From: Podarcis cretensis
Lineage: Eukaryota
Direction: 5' to 3'
Length of the DNA stretch: 64,000 nucleotides
NCBI GenBank assembly: GCA_951804945.1
Contig: OX638149.1
Coordinates: 30,938,001-31,002,000, forward strand
Position 1 is the stretch's first letter. Every line of letters begins with the position of its first letter. Both the position numbers and the translations under genes were made by a program. Positions 1 to 14,196 of this stretch are shown here, one piece after another. The notes beneath the pieces were generated by a model. It saw only the letters and a program-made list of their open reading frames with translations, made no database searches and was not told the DNA's origin.

Positions 1-1096
1 CCTCCCCAGCTGCGTAGTGGAATTTTGTTGCACAGATTGGTTTGTAAGATGTGGTTCCATCTGCAAGGACAGTTCTTTCGAATTGTATTGTGGATTTTTC
101 TCAGAAGCACATTTTATAAGGAGAGCCTTTGGGAAAAGAGAATGAAAGGGGAATGAATATTTTATCTTTAGTAACTGGTCATTTACATTCTGAAGAGAGG
201 AAACGAAGGGCCGTCTGTTGGGTGCTGAATATTCAACACACAATCAGCAACTGGGTTATATATGAATATAAGGATGTGTTGTTATTTATAAAGCTTCATA
301 GTCATGCACAACACTTTACTAGCAGAAATATGCTATGATAGGTAGCAAGGCCATTGTAGCTTTTGCTTTCTCTGTGTGTTTTTATAATTACTGTTACGGA
401 TACATACATTCCTGACACTAGGAATGGATTTTCTTTCCTAGAATACCCACTGGTTCCAAGGAAGGGTCTCATACTGTAGCCTGCCCCAGGAAAGTCTTTT
501 CCTCCTGCTCCTGCATACAAGACATCCACTTTAACTAATGACAGCCTTCGGCCTGGTACTTAGATGTGGAGAAATGGTAGTGGCAGGAACATGAAGCGCA
601 AAGGGCAGCTTTTTATGCAAGGCAGTGGTGTAGCAAAGTAATTTTTTTACCCTGAACTTAATGGTTTCATGTGGGGACTCCTTTAGACGGTACTGTATAT
701 TACCACACTTCAAATGTGGTTCCCCAACCTTGCTGCATTTGAGGACCCTCCTGCTAAGTGGGCCTCTGAATTTCTGTCCCGACAGCACTGTTTATGCAAG
801 ACATCATTCTCTTAACTTCGACCATCCATCTGTGACATCAGGAAAATGACACTGGCAAACATCACTTGTAAGCCAACATCACTTGAGATAAAAAAGGTGT
901 TTTATTAATTTTTTAGTCATGCTGTGGAGAGGGGCTGTACAGATGGCTTGTAAGATGCTTGGAGACCTTCAGATAATGAGATAACAAGTGTTGTTGTTGT
1001 TGTTGTTGTTGAGGCTCCCTGTGACTGCGAATGAGGATCCTGCTGTTTTGCACAATCATTGTTCAATATCCTGGTCACCCTTGCCTGAATGCTTAC

Positions 1097-1134
1097 CAAC
1101 AGCCATTATTAGGAAATTCCATGTCTTCCTCTAG
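1097..1134 (-). other. candidate 38-nt internal exon of the leftward transcript
   Basis: ttatcctaaacag|CTAGAGGAAGACATGGAATTTCCTAATAATGGCTGTTG|gtaagc; supported by splice signals only. Confidence 0.2.
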
Positions 1135-2315
1135 CTGTTTAGGATAAACTAAATACCCCCTGTGCTATTTACTTTCTGCCTCTGAATCATCCGTTTGCTC
1201 CCCTCCTTCACCACACAGCTCTTCATGCTCAATTATGCTAAGTAATACATCTTCCCTACAGAGCAGGCACAAGACGGGTATCTTTCTTTTCATTTAGAGC
1301 TCCTCTCCCATCTTTATAGCTGTGGAAGGCTCCTCCAAATATTTGTTCCCTGCCTATGTGATATTTCCTGGCATGCAGAAGGGAATTTGACTTTGAAAGG
1401 CGGCAGCAAATGATTCAAATGTTAATTTCAGCAACAGCTTTCCTAACACATCAGGATGCGCAGCCAGTTGCTGCTTGGTACATTTGCCTCTAATTTCACC
1501 CTCCTCTCATTTTCTCCAGCCTTTCCTAATCACAACTAAAAGGTTACATTCTCCTGCTCTCTTACTCTCTCTCATTTTTCACTGAGACAGTGAAGCCAGG
1601 TTAAGACACATTTTGATGAATTAATCTGGGAGGACAGTGGTTGTTACCCTGAAAGAGCCAGGGGGAAATAATGAAGACAGTAAGGCGCAAAGAGCCCAGG
1701 TAGATTAGACCAAAGCATCTGGTTTCTCACAGGTACCGTGGGGGAGGGGGCTCACAAACAGGACAATAACACTCCCCCTCTCTGCCAAACAGTGGCAGGA
1801 GTGTGGGGGGCCACAGGCACACAGACAGGGTCATGTCCCTTTGGAGAATGGAAGACAAAGCGGAAACAGCCGTGCTTCAAGATGTATGGTTTTATATTTT
1901 CACCTTCAGTCTGCATGAAGGGGGTTCAGATCTTACAGCATGGTCCAAAGCATTGCAGGCAGTTCTTCCTTCTCCCTCACCAAGATGGATCTCACCCTTT
2001 CTTCTTCCCAGAAGCTCCTTGTCCTCCCCCACAACAGTTACCCTGGCAACCTTCCAAATCTCCAATCTCTGGTCACACCTGGGCAAGAAGTTCCATTGTC
2101 TTGTTAATGACCCACAATGGCTCTCTTAACGGCCCTAGTTTGGCAAGGCTACCCATGAACCCCTTTGCAGCTTATATTCTCCCTTCATATCACAAATAAC
2201 CCAAATCCTAGCATTTATAAATTTTAATTTTTTGGGGGAACTCCCCCAAGTTCTGTAACAGTGGCCAATGGTCAGAATCCCACCACTCTCTGGGACACCC
2301 TTCCACTTTCTGTTA

Positions 2316-2640
2316 GGTAAAGGTAAAGGGACCCCTGGCCGTTAGGTCCAGTCATGACTGACTCTGGGGTTGCGGCGCTCATCTCGCTTTATTGGCCGAG
2401 GGAGCCGGCGTACAGCTTCCGGGTCATGTGGCCAGCATGACTAAGCCGCTTCTGGCAAACCAGAGCAGTGCACGAAAACGCTGTTTATCTTCCTGCCGGA
2501 GCAGTACCTATTTATCTACTTGCACTTTGACGTGCTTTCAAACTGCTAGGTTGGCAGGAGCAGGGACTGAGCAACGGGAGCTCAGCCCGTCACGGGGATT
2601 CGAACTACCGACCTTCCGATTGGCAAGCCCTAAGCTCAGA
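2316..2640 (-). mobile_element. Sauria SINE
   Basis: (AAAGGT)n tail at the left end; body is the reverse complement of the Sauria SINE consensus. Confidence 0.88.
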
Positions 2641-3369
2641 GGCAAGCTTCGAAGACCCATCCATCTGCTTAAGCAGGCATTCCACGGCTCGTGACTTTCT
2701 TCACATTATTCTGCTTTATTATTTATTGATATTTAACTGCATCTTTTATTGATGGCTTCTCTGTTTTTGCTGATGTATTTCTATGTACGTTCAGTTTTAA
2801 GTGTTGCGTATACATTCCACACCCCCTTTCCTTTTTAATGATCTTACTGTGTTTTATGTCAACTACTGAGGGATTTTGCATATTAAGTGGCATATAAATA
2901 TTATTAATCATTAATGATAATCTTACTCTCCCATAATTGGTGGATCTAAAGGAGTGCTCAGCAAAAGAAAAAAGAATAAATTGATCGTGTGGGGGGATGG
3001 GAAAATTGGGAGCCCCTCAAACCTTCGGACCTCATGACATTAGTGGTGGTGAACACAGTTATGGCCGCGGTTAATTAAGAAAACTATTTTAAATGACAGT
3101 TTGGGTTTTTTTGTGGGGGAGGCTATGATTTAGCGACCGTTGTTCTAAAAGATTGTGTATGTTGCTCTTTATACTCTGTTTAAATACTACCAGTGGAAAA
3201 GAGCCCATTGCCACCTGAGGCAGATTGTTCTACTGATGGTCAGTTCTGACTGTCAGGAAGCTTTTCCTGCTTCTTTGCAATTCCTATCTGTTGGGTCTAT
3301 TTGTTCCACCCATTGGAGCAAGAGAAAAGGAAGTCTGCTTTATCTTGTGCACAACAGTCCTGCAGATAG

Positions 3370-3620
3370 TTGCAGATCCTGATGGTCTCTCAGCTTGATC
3401 TTTCCTTTTCAATGCAAAACATGTCCAGCTCTATTGACTTTCCCCCAAAGGACTTGGTCTCCACACCCCTCATCATCCTGTCCCTCACCCTCTGGACACA
3501 CTCCAGTTTGTCAGTGTAATTCTTAAAATGTGGTGCCCTAAACTGGACACACAGTACTTCAGAGGCAGCCTGACCAATGCAGAACAGAGTGCAAACATTT
3601 CTTTTTGGGATCTGGGCACT
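3370..3620 (-). mobile_element. CR1 fragment
   Basis: ALVRLPLKYCV / PHFKNYTDKLECVQRVRDRMMRG. Confidence 0.75.
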
Positions 3621-4212
3621 GTATGTGCTGAACAATTATAAGGATTCTGGGTGACAGCAGCTTGAATAGTCCAGGGACAAGTAAAAGAATGGCTGAGTAA
3701 TAATTGTACTGGCCCCATGCAAGACAAGACCGGCTCTGCCCTGATCTCCCTTTCTCAATATTCACTAATTGGACCTTGACCTGCCACTTCCCTTCCCCAG
3801 AAAGGACTTGCATACCTTGCCAGACACTGCTTCCTACAATTACTGGTTAAAACATCTTCTGCATGCGCTCGATTTTCACGGAAATGACACACACTGCTTC
3901 ACTGCCTGTACCCTGATTTGTGATAAAGCATTCTCCAATAAAAGAATTTTATGCCTTTTTATATGCTTGGGTTCATTGGTGGAATGGCAAATAGTTCATC
4001 AGCGCAAGGAAACATTTTTCTCCTCTCCTTCCTCCTGCACCCTCATAATCTGTTCTAGGGGTTTCCCCAACCCCCTGGAGAAAATCTGGGGACAGCGGAG
4101 GTGACATGGAGAAGAGAGAAAGCCCATTGTGCAAGCAGAAGTTGTTCTGCTACCTCAGTTACTTAGCAGAATAATGCCCTGTGTTACATTTTTTGTAAAT
4201 AAAATTCAAGTA

Positions 4213-4472
4213 CAGTCATACCTCGAGTTGAATGTGCTTCGGGTTGAGCGCGTTCGAGTTGCACTCCGTGGCAACCCGGAAGTAACGGAGCACGTTACTT
4301 CCGGGTTTTGCCACTTGCACATGCGCAGACGCTCAAAATGACGTCACACGCATGCGCGAAAGCGGCAAAACACAACCTGCGCACGCGCAGACGCACCGTC
4401 ACATCTTGCGTTCCATTCGGGATGCAAACAGGGCTCTGGAACGGATCCTGTTCGCATCCCGAGTTTCCACTG
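4213..4472. mobile_element. Tc1/mariner-pogo-type MITE (CAGT..ACTG ends, TA TSD)
   Basis: TA|CAGTCATACCTCG ... CGAGTTTCCACTG|TA. Confidence 0.8.
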
Positions 4473-4539
4473 TATATAAAAAGGCATAAAATATTGTTCT
4501 AATACAAAGACTCTGCTCCGGTTTAAGATGCTATAGAGC

Positions 4540-4907
4540 AAGATAAATGCTGACCTTTAAAGCCCTAAATGGCCTCAGTCCAGTAGACCTGAGGGAGCGT
4601 CTCCACCCCCATCGTTCTGCCCGGACACTGAGGTCCAGCACCGAGGGCCTTCTGGCGGTTCCCTCACTGCGAGAAGCCAAGTTACAGGGAACCAGACAGA
4701 GGGCCTTCTCGGTAGTGGCACCCACCCTGTGGAACACCCTCCCACCAGATGTCAAAGAGAAAAACAACGACCAGACTTTTAGAAGACATCTGAAGGCAGC
4801 CCTCTTTAGGGAAACTTCTAATGTTTAACAGACTATTGTATTTTAATATTTTGTTGGAAGCCGCCCAGATTGGCTGGGGAAAAATATTATTATTGTTATT
4901 ATTATTA
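4540..4907 (+). mobile_element. L2-clade LINE 3' end
   Basis: LTFKALNGL.P..L...RTLRS..RAFSVVAPTLWNTLP followed by a (TTA)n tail. Confidence 0.8.
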
Positions 4908-5662
4908 AAGTTACAACATCCATAAAGTTACCTAGTCAATTCATAAAGAGGAAACCTTCATCTTTGCATCCCAGTTGACAAAATGCAGTGTGCCTGCCAG
5001 CCAGCTAGGGAAAACTGAGACAATATTGTTAAAGAAATCTGTTTACTTAGCTGTGATGTAATGTGGTATCACAATCTCCCTAAAAGAGTCTAGTGTCTGT
5101 CTCCATGATCAGTTTGAGGACACAATGGATAACCGATGTGTGGCTTGAACATGCAGGCTAGATCAGAAAGAGTATGTAATTGCACATTTTCAATGTATTA
5201 AGTCCCATTATCCACATTGGGCCTTCCTTCTGAGTACCTTAAATCATTGCACAAGAGTATTTTAATTCCAAACATTAAGTTCTTCAGGATAGCTTTGCTG
5301 GACATTAGCTGGAGCAGGTGAGGAAGAATATTTATTTTCAATTTAAAAGCAACATTTTAAAAAGCTGTGCTGGATCAGACTGAGAATACATCTAGCCCAG
5401 TTTATGAGGAGCTTCATATCCCATGATTGCTAAATTTACTCAGGAGCCTTTGATGAGGGACTTGGACAAAGTATTTTGGAAGTCCCAAGAGCATAATGTG
5501 GATGCTTGTTGAAGCTTAAAGAATTCAGAAAGATTGGTAAGGAGAATTTCAGAAGCCATGCTTCGTAAGGTTTATCCTTCTAGACAGGGCTTTTTTTCCC
5601 AGCTGGAACTCACTGGAACCCAGTTCCAGCACCTCTCAGGTGGGAGCTATTGCCATTACAAT

Positions 5663-6044
5663 AGGTAAAGGTAAATGACCCCTGGACTGTTAAGTCCAGT
5701 CAAAGGTGACTATGGGGTTGTGGTGTTCATCTCGCTTTCAGGCCGAGGGAGCCGGTGTTTGTCCACAGACAGCTTTTCAGGTCATGTGGCCAGCATGACT
5801 AAGCCGCTTCTGGCACAACAGAACACTGTGACGGAAACTAGAGCACATGGAAACACCGTTTACCTTCCCGCCACAGTGGTACCTATTTATCTACTTTCAC
5901 TGTCATGCTTTCGAATTGCTAGGTTGGCAGGAGCTGGGACAGAGCATGTGGAGCGCACTCCATCGCGGGGATTCGAACCACTGACCTTCCAATCAGCAAG
6001 CCCAAGAGGCTCAGTGGTTTGGACCACAGCGCCACCCACGTCCC
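5663..6044 (-). mobile_element. Sauria SINE
   Basis: ggtaaaggtaaa tail; ends in accacagcgccacccacgtccc (reverse complement of the head). Confidence 0.88.
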
Positions 6045-8854
6045 TGCCATTATAATAGAACAAGGGAGATGTACATATATGGTGAGTTCTGACACCTCTT
6101 TTTCTAGAAAAGTAGCACTGCTTATAGATGTTTAACGTTTCTAATTTTAATAATGTTTTCTGCCCATTTACCCAGCACAGTGGCAAGTCTATAATTTCCT
6201 GGATTCCCTCTCCTCTTTAAAATTTGCAGCATTCAAAATTCTTTCATAAGGAGGATGGCTTTAATAATAAAAGAAGCATGCCTGTGAAAAGATTAGCAAT
6301 TTCTCATTTGAGATTTGTTAAAGGATTCTTAGGTGGGTGCCATCTGGCGGCTAGTGAATTTGTAACTTGTCAATTAGCTGTAAGCTTTCATTCGCTGTCA
6401 CCTCGCTTTGACTGTCCTAACCTCTGAGAATACCCTTTTGGAAAACAATGGTTCAGGTGTCATTCTAACATCTACAGCAAATGCCAAGGCAAATAATTCA
6501 TGGGCTAGCCTCTCTGCAATCTCTTCAGCATTCCTCTCACATCCTTGTCATTTAAAGGTCCTCCTATACCCTTCTTGACTGGTTTCCTGCGCCTAATGAA
6601 TGCAAATAAATACACGTTGGTTGTTTTTAGCCACTCAGTCCTTACATTCTTTATTTGTTTGCCTCATCATAAACTTACATTTGTTTTGCCTCGGTGTGTG
6701 TGTGTGCTGGACTTCCACTTTTTAAACAACACTTGCAAAAATTCTTAAATTTTATTACTCTGTTGACGCTAGTTAACCATGCTGGCGTTCTCTTGAACCT
6801 GTTCATATCGTTTCTGATCTGTGATATACATTTTATCTGAGCTCCTAGTATAATGGTGTTCACCTCCAAGCTTCCTGGTGAAATTTGACATTCCTGGCAT
6901 AACGTGCTTTTAACTAACTAGGGGGTGCTGTCCTGCTGTTTCATTTTGCCAACGCCCTTCTCCTTGCCTCAGTCTCCCTCCCCAGAGTTCTCCTTTCCAT
7001 TACCACATCTCCCCTCTTCATGCCCCAGTTCCTTCTTCCTCACATTCCAAACCCACACAAGTGTCAAATTATCTCTTTCCCCAAAACCACCCTCTCTCCC
7101 ACACCCAACATCTCTTCCTCCCTGTCTGAAAAAGACCCTTTCTGTGCCAGGGAGAAAGAGAGAGAGGAGAACTCCGCACGTCAGGTTGTGGTGGTGCCTC
7201 TTCCTCCCCTTTCCTAAGTGATCCATTTTGGGTCCAAGGTGGATTCCTGCAAGTTTTGGTTCAGACTGAGTGCCTCTTGTGTCCCCTAACAGGTTCAGAC
7301 TGCCATCACAGTGTGATGACAGACTAGGAAATAAGTTATATAGAGATATATTATTTTTAATTATCTTCTAAAATGAAAATTGACCATGTTGGACTTTCTT
7401 GGCAATTTTCCACTTACATAATTTTAATTCAAGAGTGCTTGATCCCAGGCTGTTATCAACAATTACATCTCTAACTGGATTCTGGGCGCCACCAGCATTT
7501 TTACTTTGAAGCTTCTAGCATTATTATACAAACATCTATGCATTTTGTTCCTCTGGATAGTTCTTCCTTTTGCATTTCTTTCCCCCCTTTTCCTGTCCAA
7601 GCTGATATCTCCCATATTGCAAGCAATGCTGTCAAAGTGATAGCTTATTTCTAAAACATGGCTACCTGGGCTACACCATGGCAACAGCCTGTCGGAAAGA
7701 TGCAAACTTTTCACTTGAGTCCCTGAAAACTCTCCTGACTGATTTTCAGTGTGTGGCAATATGTACAACATAATGTGTTCCAAGATAGCTGCTTTGGATG
7801 ACATATTTTTGCCCACAGTAGATTTCCGCAGTTGAGCTGCAAACTCAGGAAAACAGGAGGTTTGCAAGCAGGCAACAAACACACATGTCAGACCTAAGCT
7901 TGGCCCACGAAGGAAAGAAAGTCCTGCATTAATGTGACAGATTTCAACATACATTTTAATATTGTGGAGAGATGCAAGGGTGTAGCTGGTGAACAGGACT
8001 CACTGACTCTGAGACTGAGAAGGCGTTACAAAAACATATCAACTTATGAGACCCTAGGGTGAGGGTGCAACCTTGTTGGTGTCAAGGGCCACATTCTCTC
8101 AGGGGGAAAAGGTCAGGGGCCGCATACAATCAGTGGACAAGGATACCCATTTTGTTTCCCTCCCCTCCTTATTTATCCATCCCACATTCTTTCCACACAC
8201 ACCCCATAAATTCCCCCAACCAGCCTCTTCCCTTTATGACCTCCATCTTCTGCTCACTCCCATCCAGCCATCCAGTCAGCTTGCTCCACCTCTGCCTTCC
8301 TGCCTCCTTCTTAGATAACACAGGCAGGTGGTTCCCTTGAACAGCCGATCAGAGCCAAGGAGTGCTCTCCCTCCTTCCCCTTTGTCATAAGTGTTGACAT
8401 CATTCATCAATGTCACAAAGATGCAGCAATAACAAAAGGAGCAGATCACATATTACAGAAATGCTGCCTATGATGTACCCCTTGCCTGTCCTTGGGAACA
8501 CATTTGTAACATGGGCACAGAGCCATCCATAGTGACAACATCAGAGCTTGCGTGTCATTAAGAAATAGAGCCAAGGTGGCAAAATGGCTTCCTTTTAAAA
8601 AGTAGAATTTTCTTGCAAAATAAAAAGGAGTATGAACTCTGGCAGAGCGCTAAGTTGATAGCAAAGCGACCAAAAACCTCGAAGCTTAGGAAACCTATTG
8701 CTAAAGACATTGAAGCATTCAATACACACCCTTTCAAAGACGGCAGAAGTAGAATGTTCCCCCACCAGTGGGACCACTGAATGATAAAGGTGTGGAAAGA
8801 TTGCTGGAGGAGGATAGGCAGGTTGCAGATAAAGCCATGTGTATGATTTGGAGG

Positions 8855-9217
8855 GGACACAGGTGGCGCTGTGGGTTAAAGCCTCAGCGCCTAGGACTTG
8901 CCGATCGAAAGGTCGGCGGTTCAAATCCCTGCGGCGGGGTGCGCTCCCGCTGCTCGGTCCCAGCGCCTGCCAACCTAGCAGTTTGAAAGCACCTCCGGGT
9001 GCAAGTAGATAAATAGGGACCGCTTACCAGCGGGAAGGTAAACGGCGTTTCCGTGTGCGGCTCTGGCTCACCAGAGCAGCGATGTCACGCTGGCCACGTG
9101 ACCCGGAAGTGTCTCCGGACAGCGCTGGCCCCTGGCCTCTTAAGTGAGATGGGTGCACAACCCCAGAGTCTGTCAAGACTGGCCCGTACGGGCAGGGGTA
9201 CCTTTACCTTTACCTTT
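8855..9217 (+). mobile_element. Sauria SINE, near full length
   Basis: tRNA-like head GGGACACAGGTGGCGCTGTGGGTTAAA...GGTTCAAATCCC and an (ACCTTT)n tail. Confidence 0.9.
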
Positions 9218-10019
9218 ATGATTTGGAGAAATATTCATGGCTTGCCTGAAACACGGTTTTTGGCAAGAGCTTCTGATGAACTAAGTCTATCGGGATAACA
9301 GCATATAAAACTCTGAGGCTAATTGGTAAGTTAAAAATTAACAAACACTATATTCTGGGTGGCATTTATCCAAGAGTCTGTGCAGAACTCAAAAATTCTT
9401 AAAGGACTGTCGGGTAAATGCCATCCTGAAATTAACCATCTTTAACAATATATGCAGCTTATCAAAATCAGCCTTGTTACTGGGCAGTTGAAAGGTAGTC
9501 AATGTACTAAATGTTTTTCAAAGGGACGCAGTCGAGAATACAGGAAGTAACTTCTATCCAAGGTAAGTTAGTGAAAAGCATGATTAAGGAAGCAATCCAA
9601 AGGCAAGATTCACTGGGATGAGCAAGTTAGGATCCAGCAGATCTCAGGCACAGTTGGTTGGAAGCTGGTAGAATTTACACTGGTTTAAGTGACACTGGTG
9701 TAAATTATCCCTATTCCAAACTCTGATCAGGAGCAGGCCACTGCCAGCTGAGAGGAACTCATGTGATCTGGGATAAGAGAGTTATGCTGGTGTTTCTCTA
9801 GCTGAGCTGAGATGTGGAGCTTATGATGTCATAGCCCAATTGTACCAGGGATCGGCTGCCTGAACTGGAGACCCACTGGATCCTAAATTCCTCATCCTGG
9901 TGGATCCTGGGGTTGGAGTGCTCCATTAGACTGGCTCAGCCAGCAGTAATCCTGCTCCTGCACAGACCTTAGAATAGGGGTGATTTACGCCTGCTTCCTA
10001 TACTTAGGATTGCTTTGTA

Positions 10020-10585
10020 CATCTAGAATTATTAAGCATGTGGAGTAATGAGTCCTCTTGAGGAAAACTCAGCATGGTGTCTATGATTGGAAGTCCTACA
10101 TCACCAGATTTTTAGAATTATTTCATAGTGTCGCTGTCAACCAACATATAGATATGGGTGATCTGGTATGCTTTATGTGTTTGAACTTACAAAAAGCTTT
10201 TGATAAACTCCCTCATCAAGGTCTCCTGAATAAACTAAGCTATCATAGAATCATAGAATCTTAGAGTTGGGAGGGACCCAAGGGTCATCTAGACCAACCC
10301 CCTGCAATAAAGGAAACTCAGCTAGAGGATCCATGACAGATGATCATCCAACCTGTGTTTAAAAACCTCCGAGGAAGGAGAGTCCACCACCTCTCATGGG
10401 AGTCTGTTCCACTGCCGAACAGCTCTTACTGTCAGAAGGTTTTTCCGAATGTTTAGTCAGAAACTCCTTTCTTGCAACTTGAAGCCATTGGTTTGAGTCC
10501 TCCAGAGCAGGAGAAAACAAGCAAGCTCCATCTTCCACATGGCGGCCCCTGAGATATCTGAAGATGGCTATCATATCTTCTCTCA
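10020..10585. mobile_element. CR1 fragments (RT piece on +, 3' end on -)
   Basis: LQKAFDKLPHQGLLNKL on +; reverse-complement (ATTCTATG)-type tail at 10243-10260 and IAIFRYLRG..LFS on -. Confidence 0.8.
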
Positions 10586-11135
10586 GTCTGGGAAATGATA
10601 TATAATGAAATTAAAAGGATGTTTAAAATGACGTTTGCAAAAAAACACACACACCCCCGAAGCCTTTCTCATGGGAATTATAGGGCTAGAACTACCCAAA
10701 TTGTATAGAAATTTATTCATGTACGCAACTACAGTGGCAAGAATATTACTTGCCCAAAAATGGAAAGAAGTCATCCCAGCAAAGGAGGTATGGATACAAA
10801 AACTTATAGAATATGCAGAAATGGCGAAACTTACCAGAAGAAAATAAGAAATCAAGATAACAAACTTTTTATAAAGGAATGGAAATGATTTATCGAATAT
10901 TTACAGATAAATTGTAAACAGATAAAAACAGTGGCAGGATTATTGTAATAATCTGCAGCTACATAAGAGTATATATTGAAAGAAGATAAATAAATGAGTA
11001 AGTTAAGTTAATTTTGGATATGCAGAAGATATTAAGAATAAATTTAAGGAACCACAGAAAAAGGGGGAAGGAAGTCAAGTTTTAAAATGTTAAAATGATT
11101 GTAAAAGCAGTTAAATGTATGTGTCTGAAAAGTAT
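10585..11135 (+). mobile_element. L1/Tx1-like LINE 3' end
   Basis: PEAFLMGI..YATTVARILLAQKWK..WIQKLIEYAEMAKLT followed by an A-rich 3' UTR. Confidence 0.7.
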
Positions 11136-11139
11136 AATT

Positions 11140-11655
11140 CCCGCCCCCAACCAAATCTTCTCTCAGACTCCTCTTTTCCAGGCTAAACAGTCCTAGCTCC
11201 TTAAATTGTGGTGCCCATAATTGGACACAGTATTCCAAGTGTGGTCTGACTAAGGCAGAATAGAGTGGTACTAGAATAGCATTAACTTGTCTTTGCTGCT
11301 ACATCGCACTTTTGACTCATGTTAAGCTTGTGCTCCACCAAGACCCCTAGATCCTTTTCACATGTACTGTTAGTAAGCCAGGTGTCCCCCATCCTATATT
11401 TGTGCATCTGGCTCTTCCTGCCTAACTGCAGAACCTTACATTTGTCCCTATTGAAATTCATTTTGTTAGCTTGTGCCCAGTTCTCCGATCTGTTAAGGCC
11501 ATTTTGAATTCTGATTCTGTCTTCTGCTGCATTAGCTACCCCTCCCAGTTTGAGGTTATCTGCAAATTTGATGAACATCCCTGCAATTCCTTCATCCAAG
11601 TCATTTATAAAGACGTTGAACAACAATGGGCCCAGGACAGATCCCTGTGGCACAT
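11140..11655 (-). mobile_element. CR1 LINE reverse transcriptase fragment
   Basis: PQGSVLGPLLFNVFINDLDEGI..IKFADNLKLGG..MNFNRDKCKVL..EKDLGVLV. Confidence 0.92.
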
Positions 11656-12075
11656 AAAAGCAACACGTCCCTTTGCCAGATGGCTTACAATGACAGTTTA
11701 CTGATGAAGGGCAATATAAAAATGTTTTAAACTCCTGGCCAGTTTGTATAGAGGAAAGCAGGCCTCAGGTTATTCTGGTCTCGAGCTATTTTGGATATAA
11801 ATGATCATAACCCAGAACCTTGAGTCATGCCAGAAACATAGCAGCAAGACAAAGTGAGAGTTCAGGGGGCAGATAGATAGCCGTGCCCTGAACAACTGCA
11901 GAGAGAGCTCAGCTTGGAGATTTGTAGGAGCAAGGCTTTGATGGAGCAACCCTGGGCCAAGCCTTAAATAGAGTGACAGCTCCTTCTAGCTTGTGTGAGA
12001 CACTTCCTCAGTTAAAAGGGCCCTGCTTGCTTCAACGACCATTGACTCTAGTAGCTTGGTAGAGTCTGCAGTTCT

Positions 12076-12524
12076 TTTTATTTTATTATTATTATTAAAC
12101 ATTTCAACATAACAATTTATCAAAAACATATCAACCTCAACCCCCCCATAAATTTCCCTCCCCCTCCCTAAAAAGAACCCAGCCTCCCACCCTCTCCTGG
12201 ACTTCCCTCAGCTCCTCTCTCTGGTTTTTGAACACATGTTACTCTCTGCATATTGTAATGATCCTTAATTTATGTGTCTATATGTTACCAATAATAAATT
12301 TGTGTTTGTTTGTTCAAAACCTGCCAAGGAGATCAGTTCATTTTGTTGTTACTTTAAGTACTTTGTAAAGGGTTCCCATTCTTCTTTAAAATCACAGTTG
12401 TCCTTGTCGCGTAATTTATGCATCAATTTCTCCAGTTCCACATAGTCCATCAATTTCCCTTGCCACTGCTCTTTTGTTGGGATTTCTTCATTCTTCCATC
12501 CTTGTGCTATTAAGACTTTTGCCA
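12076..12524 (-). mobile_element. L1/Tx1-like LINE 3' end with TSD
   Basis: AKVLIAQGWKNEEIPTKEQWQGKLMDY; 17-bp TSD GTAGAGTCTGCAGTTCT at 12059 and 12525; T-rich tail. Confidence 0.8.
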
Positions 12525-14196
12525 GTAGAGTCTGCAGTTCTACTGGGGCTTCTGGGATGGGCTGGGATGGGCTGGCCACACAACCTTTTCAGGCTGGAAA
12601 CCTGCTGCTAAAACTGCTTCTGGGGCAGTTTTAACTGGGGCAGCTAAAACTGATGTCTGGGGCTGCTTTGGGGGCAATTCTCTCCCCTCACTCAGATACC
12701 TCTAAATCCATGACCTCAGCCCCCAAAGATGACTCGTGGCAGATAGCAGCAACAGCAGAAGCAAAGCACACATAAGCATCAGACAAAAAGGGCTGTAACC
12801 CATGAATGCTCAGCGACAGTACATTTGTCCATCTTTAAAATGCCATTGTCAAACACCCAACACTTTATGATTTTCACACATTTGTAATTGGTTAAAGGCT
12901 ACGTGATACAGCTGATGACCTGAACTCATCATATAATTAACTAATGGAACTGAGTAACAGTAGATGAGGTGGAGGCAGCTATTTTGGATTTTTTTTAGAA
13001 AAAAGAATTAGATAAAATCACCCGAGGTAGAGCTTTCTATGGATATTTGCCTTGACAGGGAAATTGAATTTTCATGTACATTATGCCACTGAATTCCAGA
13101 TGTTGGGGATAAGCAACAGAATGAGAATGTATGCTTAGAAGCAATCTGACTGACTGCTGTTGGAAACAGAATGCTAGGCTACATAGCCTCTCACAGATGA
13201 AAGGAAGGGAAAACATATGATCATATACAGTGTTGGTTTGTTGTTGTTGTTTTAAGAAAAAGAGGCGCTGGAGCTCACCTTGAACACCTCCCTCATTCTC
13301 TTAGAATGGCAATGGTGCCCATCTGAGAGGTGCCAGGACTGAGTTCTGGTGAGTTCCGACTGAAAACAAGCCCTGATCATATATACCAATTGCAGTCTCA
13401 GTTCTCTGAGCACCAGTCATCAGGCGGCAAAATGGGATTGGCCACCCTGGGCTGTGGGTGGGGGGAACACCCCCAAAACTGTCCAGTGAGAATTGAGTGT
13501 ATTCAGTAGCCACCCAATGATGTCTGACTGTTGGGAAGGGGACACAGATGCAAAAAGGGATGTGAGGGGAATGAGATGGGAGAACTCTGCACAGCGACAT
13601 TTTTTAAATTTTTTGCACATCCTCCTTGTTCGCATCCTGGTTCTAAACTATGACACTCTCGCGTGCAGTTGAGCTATGGACATCGAAACAGAGAGGACCA
13701 TTTTAATGAGAGAGCCGAGCTCAAATTACTTTGCCTCTGTAATGACTCCTTTGGGGAAAGCTGTTCAATTTCTGTTATACATTTCATTAATAAACTATAA
13801 CTTGTGGTCGGCTGATATGGGGAGGATTAATGCCTTTCATGTTAGTCATTCCCTTTCGTCTGCAAACCTGTCATTACATGAAAAGCCTTATATGCATCTT
13901 CTCCCCCAAAGATGAAAGCTGTTAAAATATGGAGAAAGCACTGTTTCGTTAAAAATAGTTCCCAGGCTGGTACGTCGCCTGCATCCCTTCTATTGAAGGC
14001 TTACACTATGTTGAATCAACATATTAAGAGAGCCTCACCCTGCCTGCATGCTGTAGTCATGAAAAAGAGACTACAGGCACAATCTACCTTGATGTTTTTC
14101 TGTGCAAGGGTAACGTAGGCTAAATGGGGCACTGGCTCACTAAATTTAATCTGCGCTCAGCTAGCCCCTGCCTGCCTGCCTTCTGTCTTACAACCA

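Noticed and set aside
7463-7954. 163-aa minus-strand ORF
   Set aside because: No recognisable homology or convincing exon boundaries.
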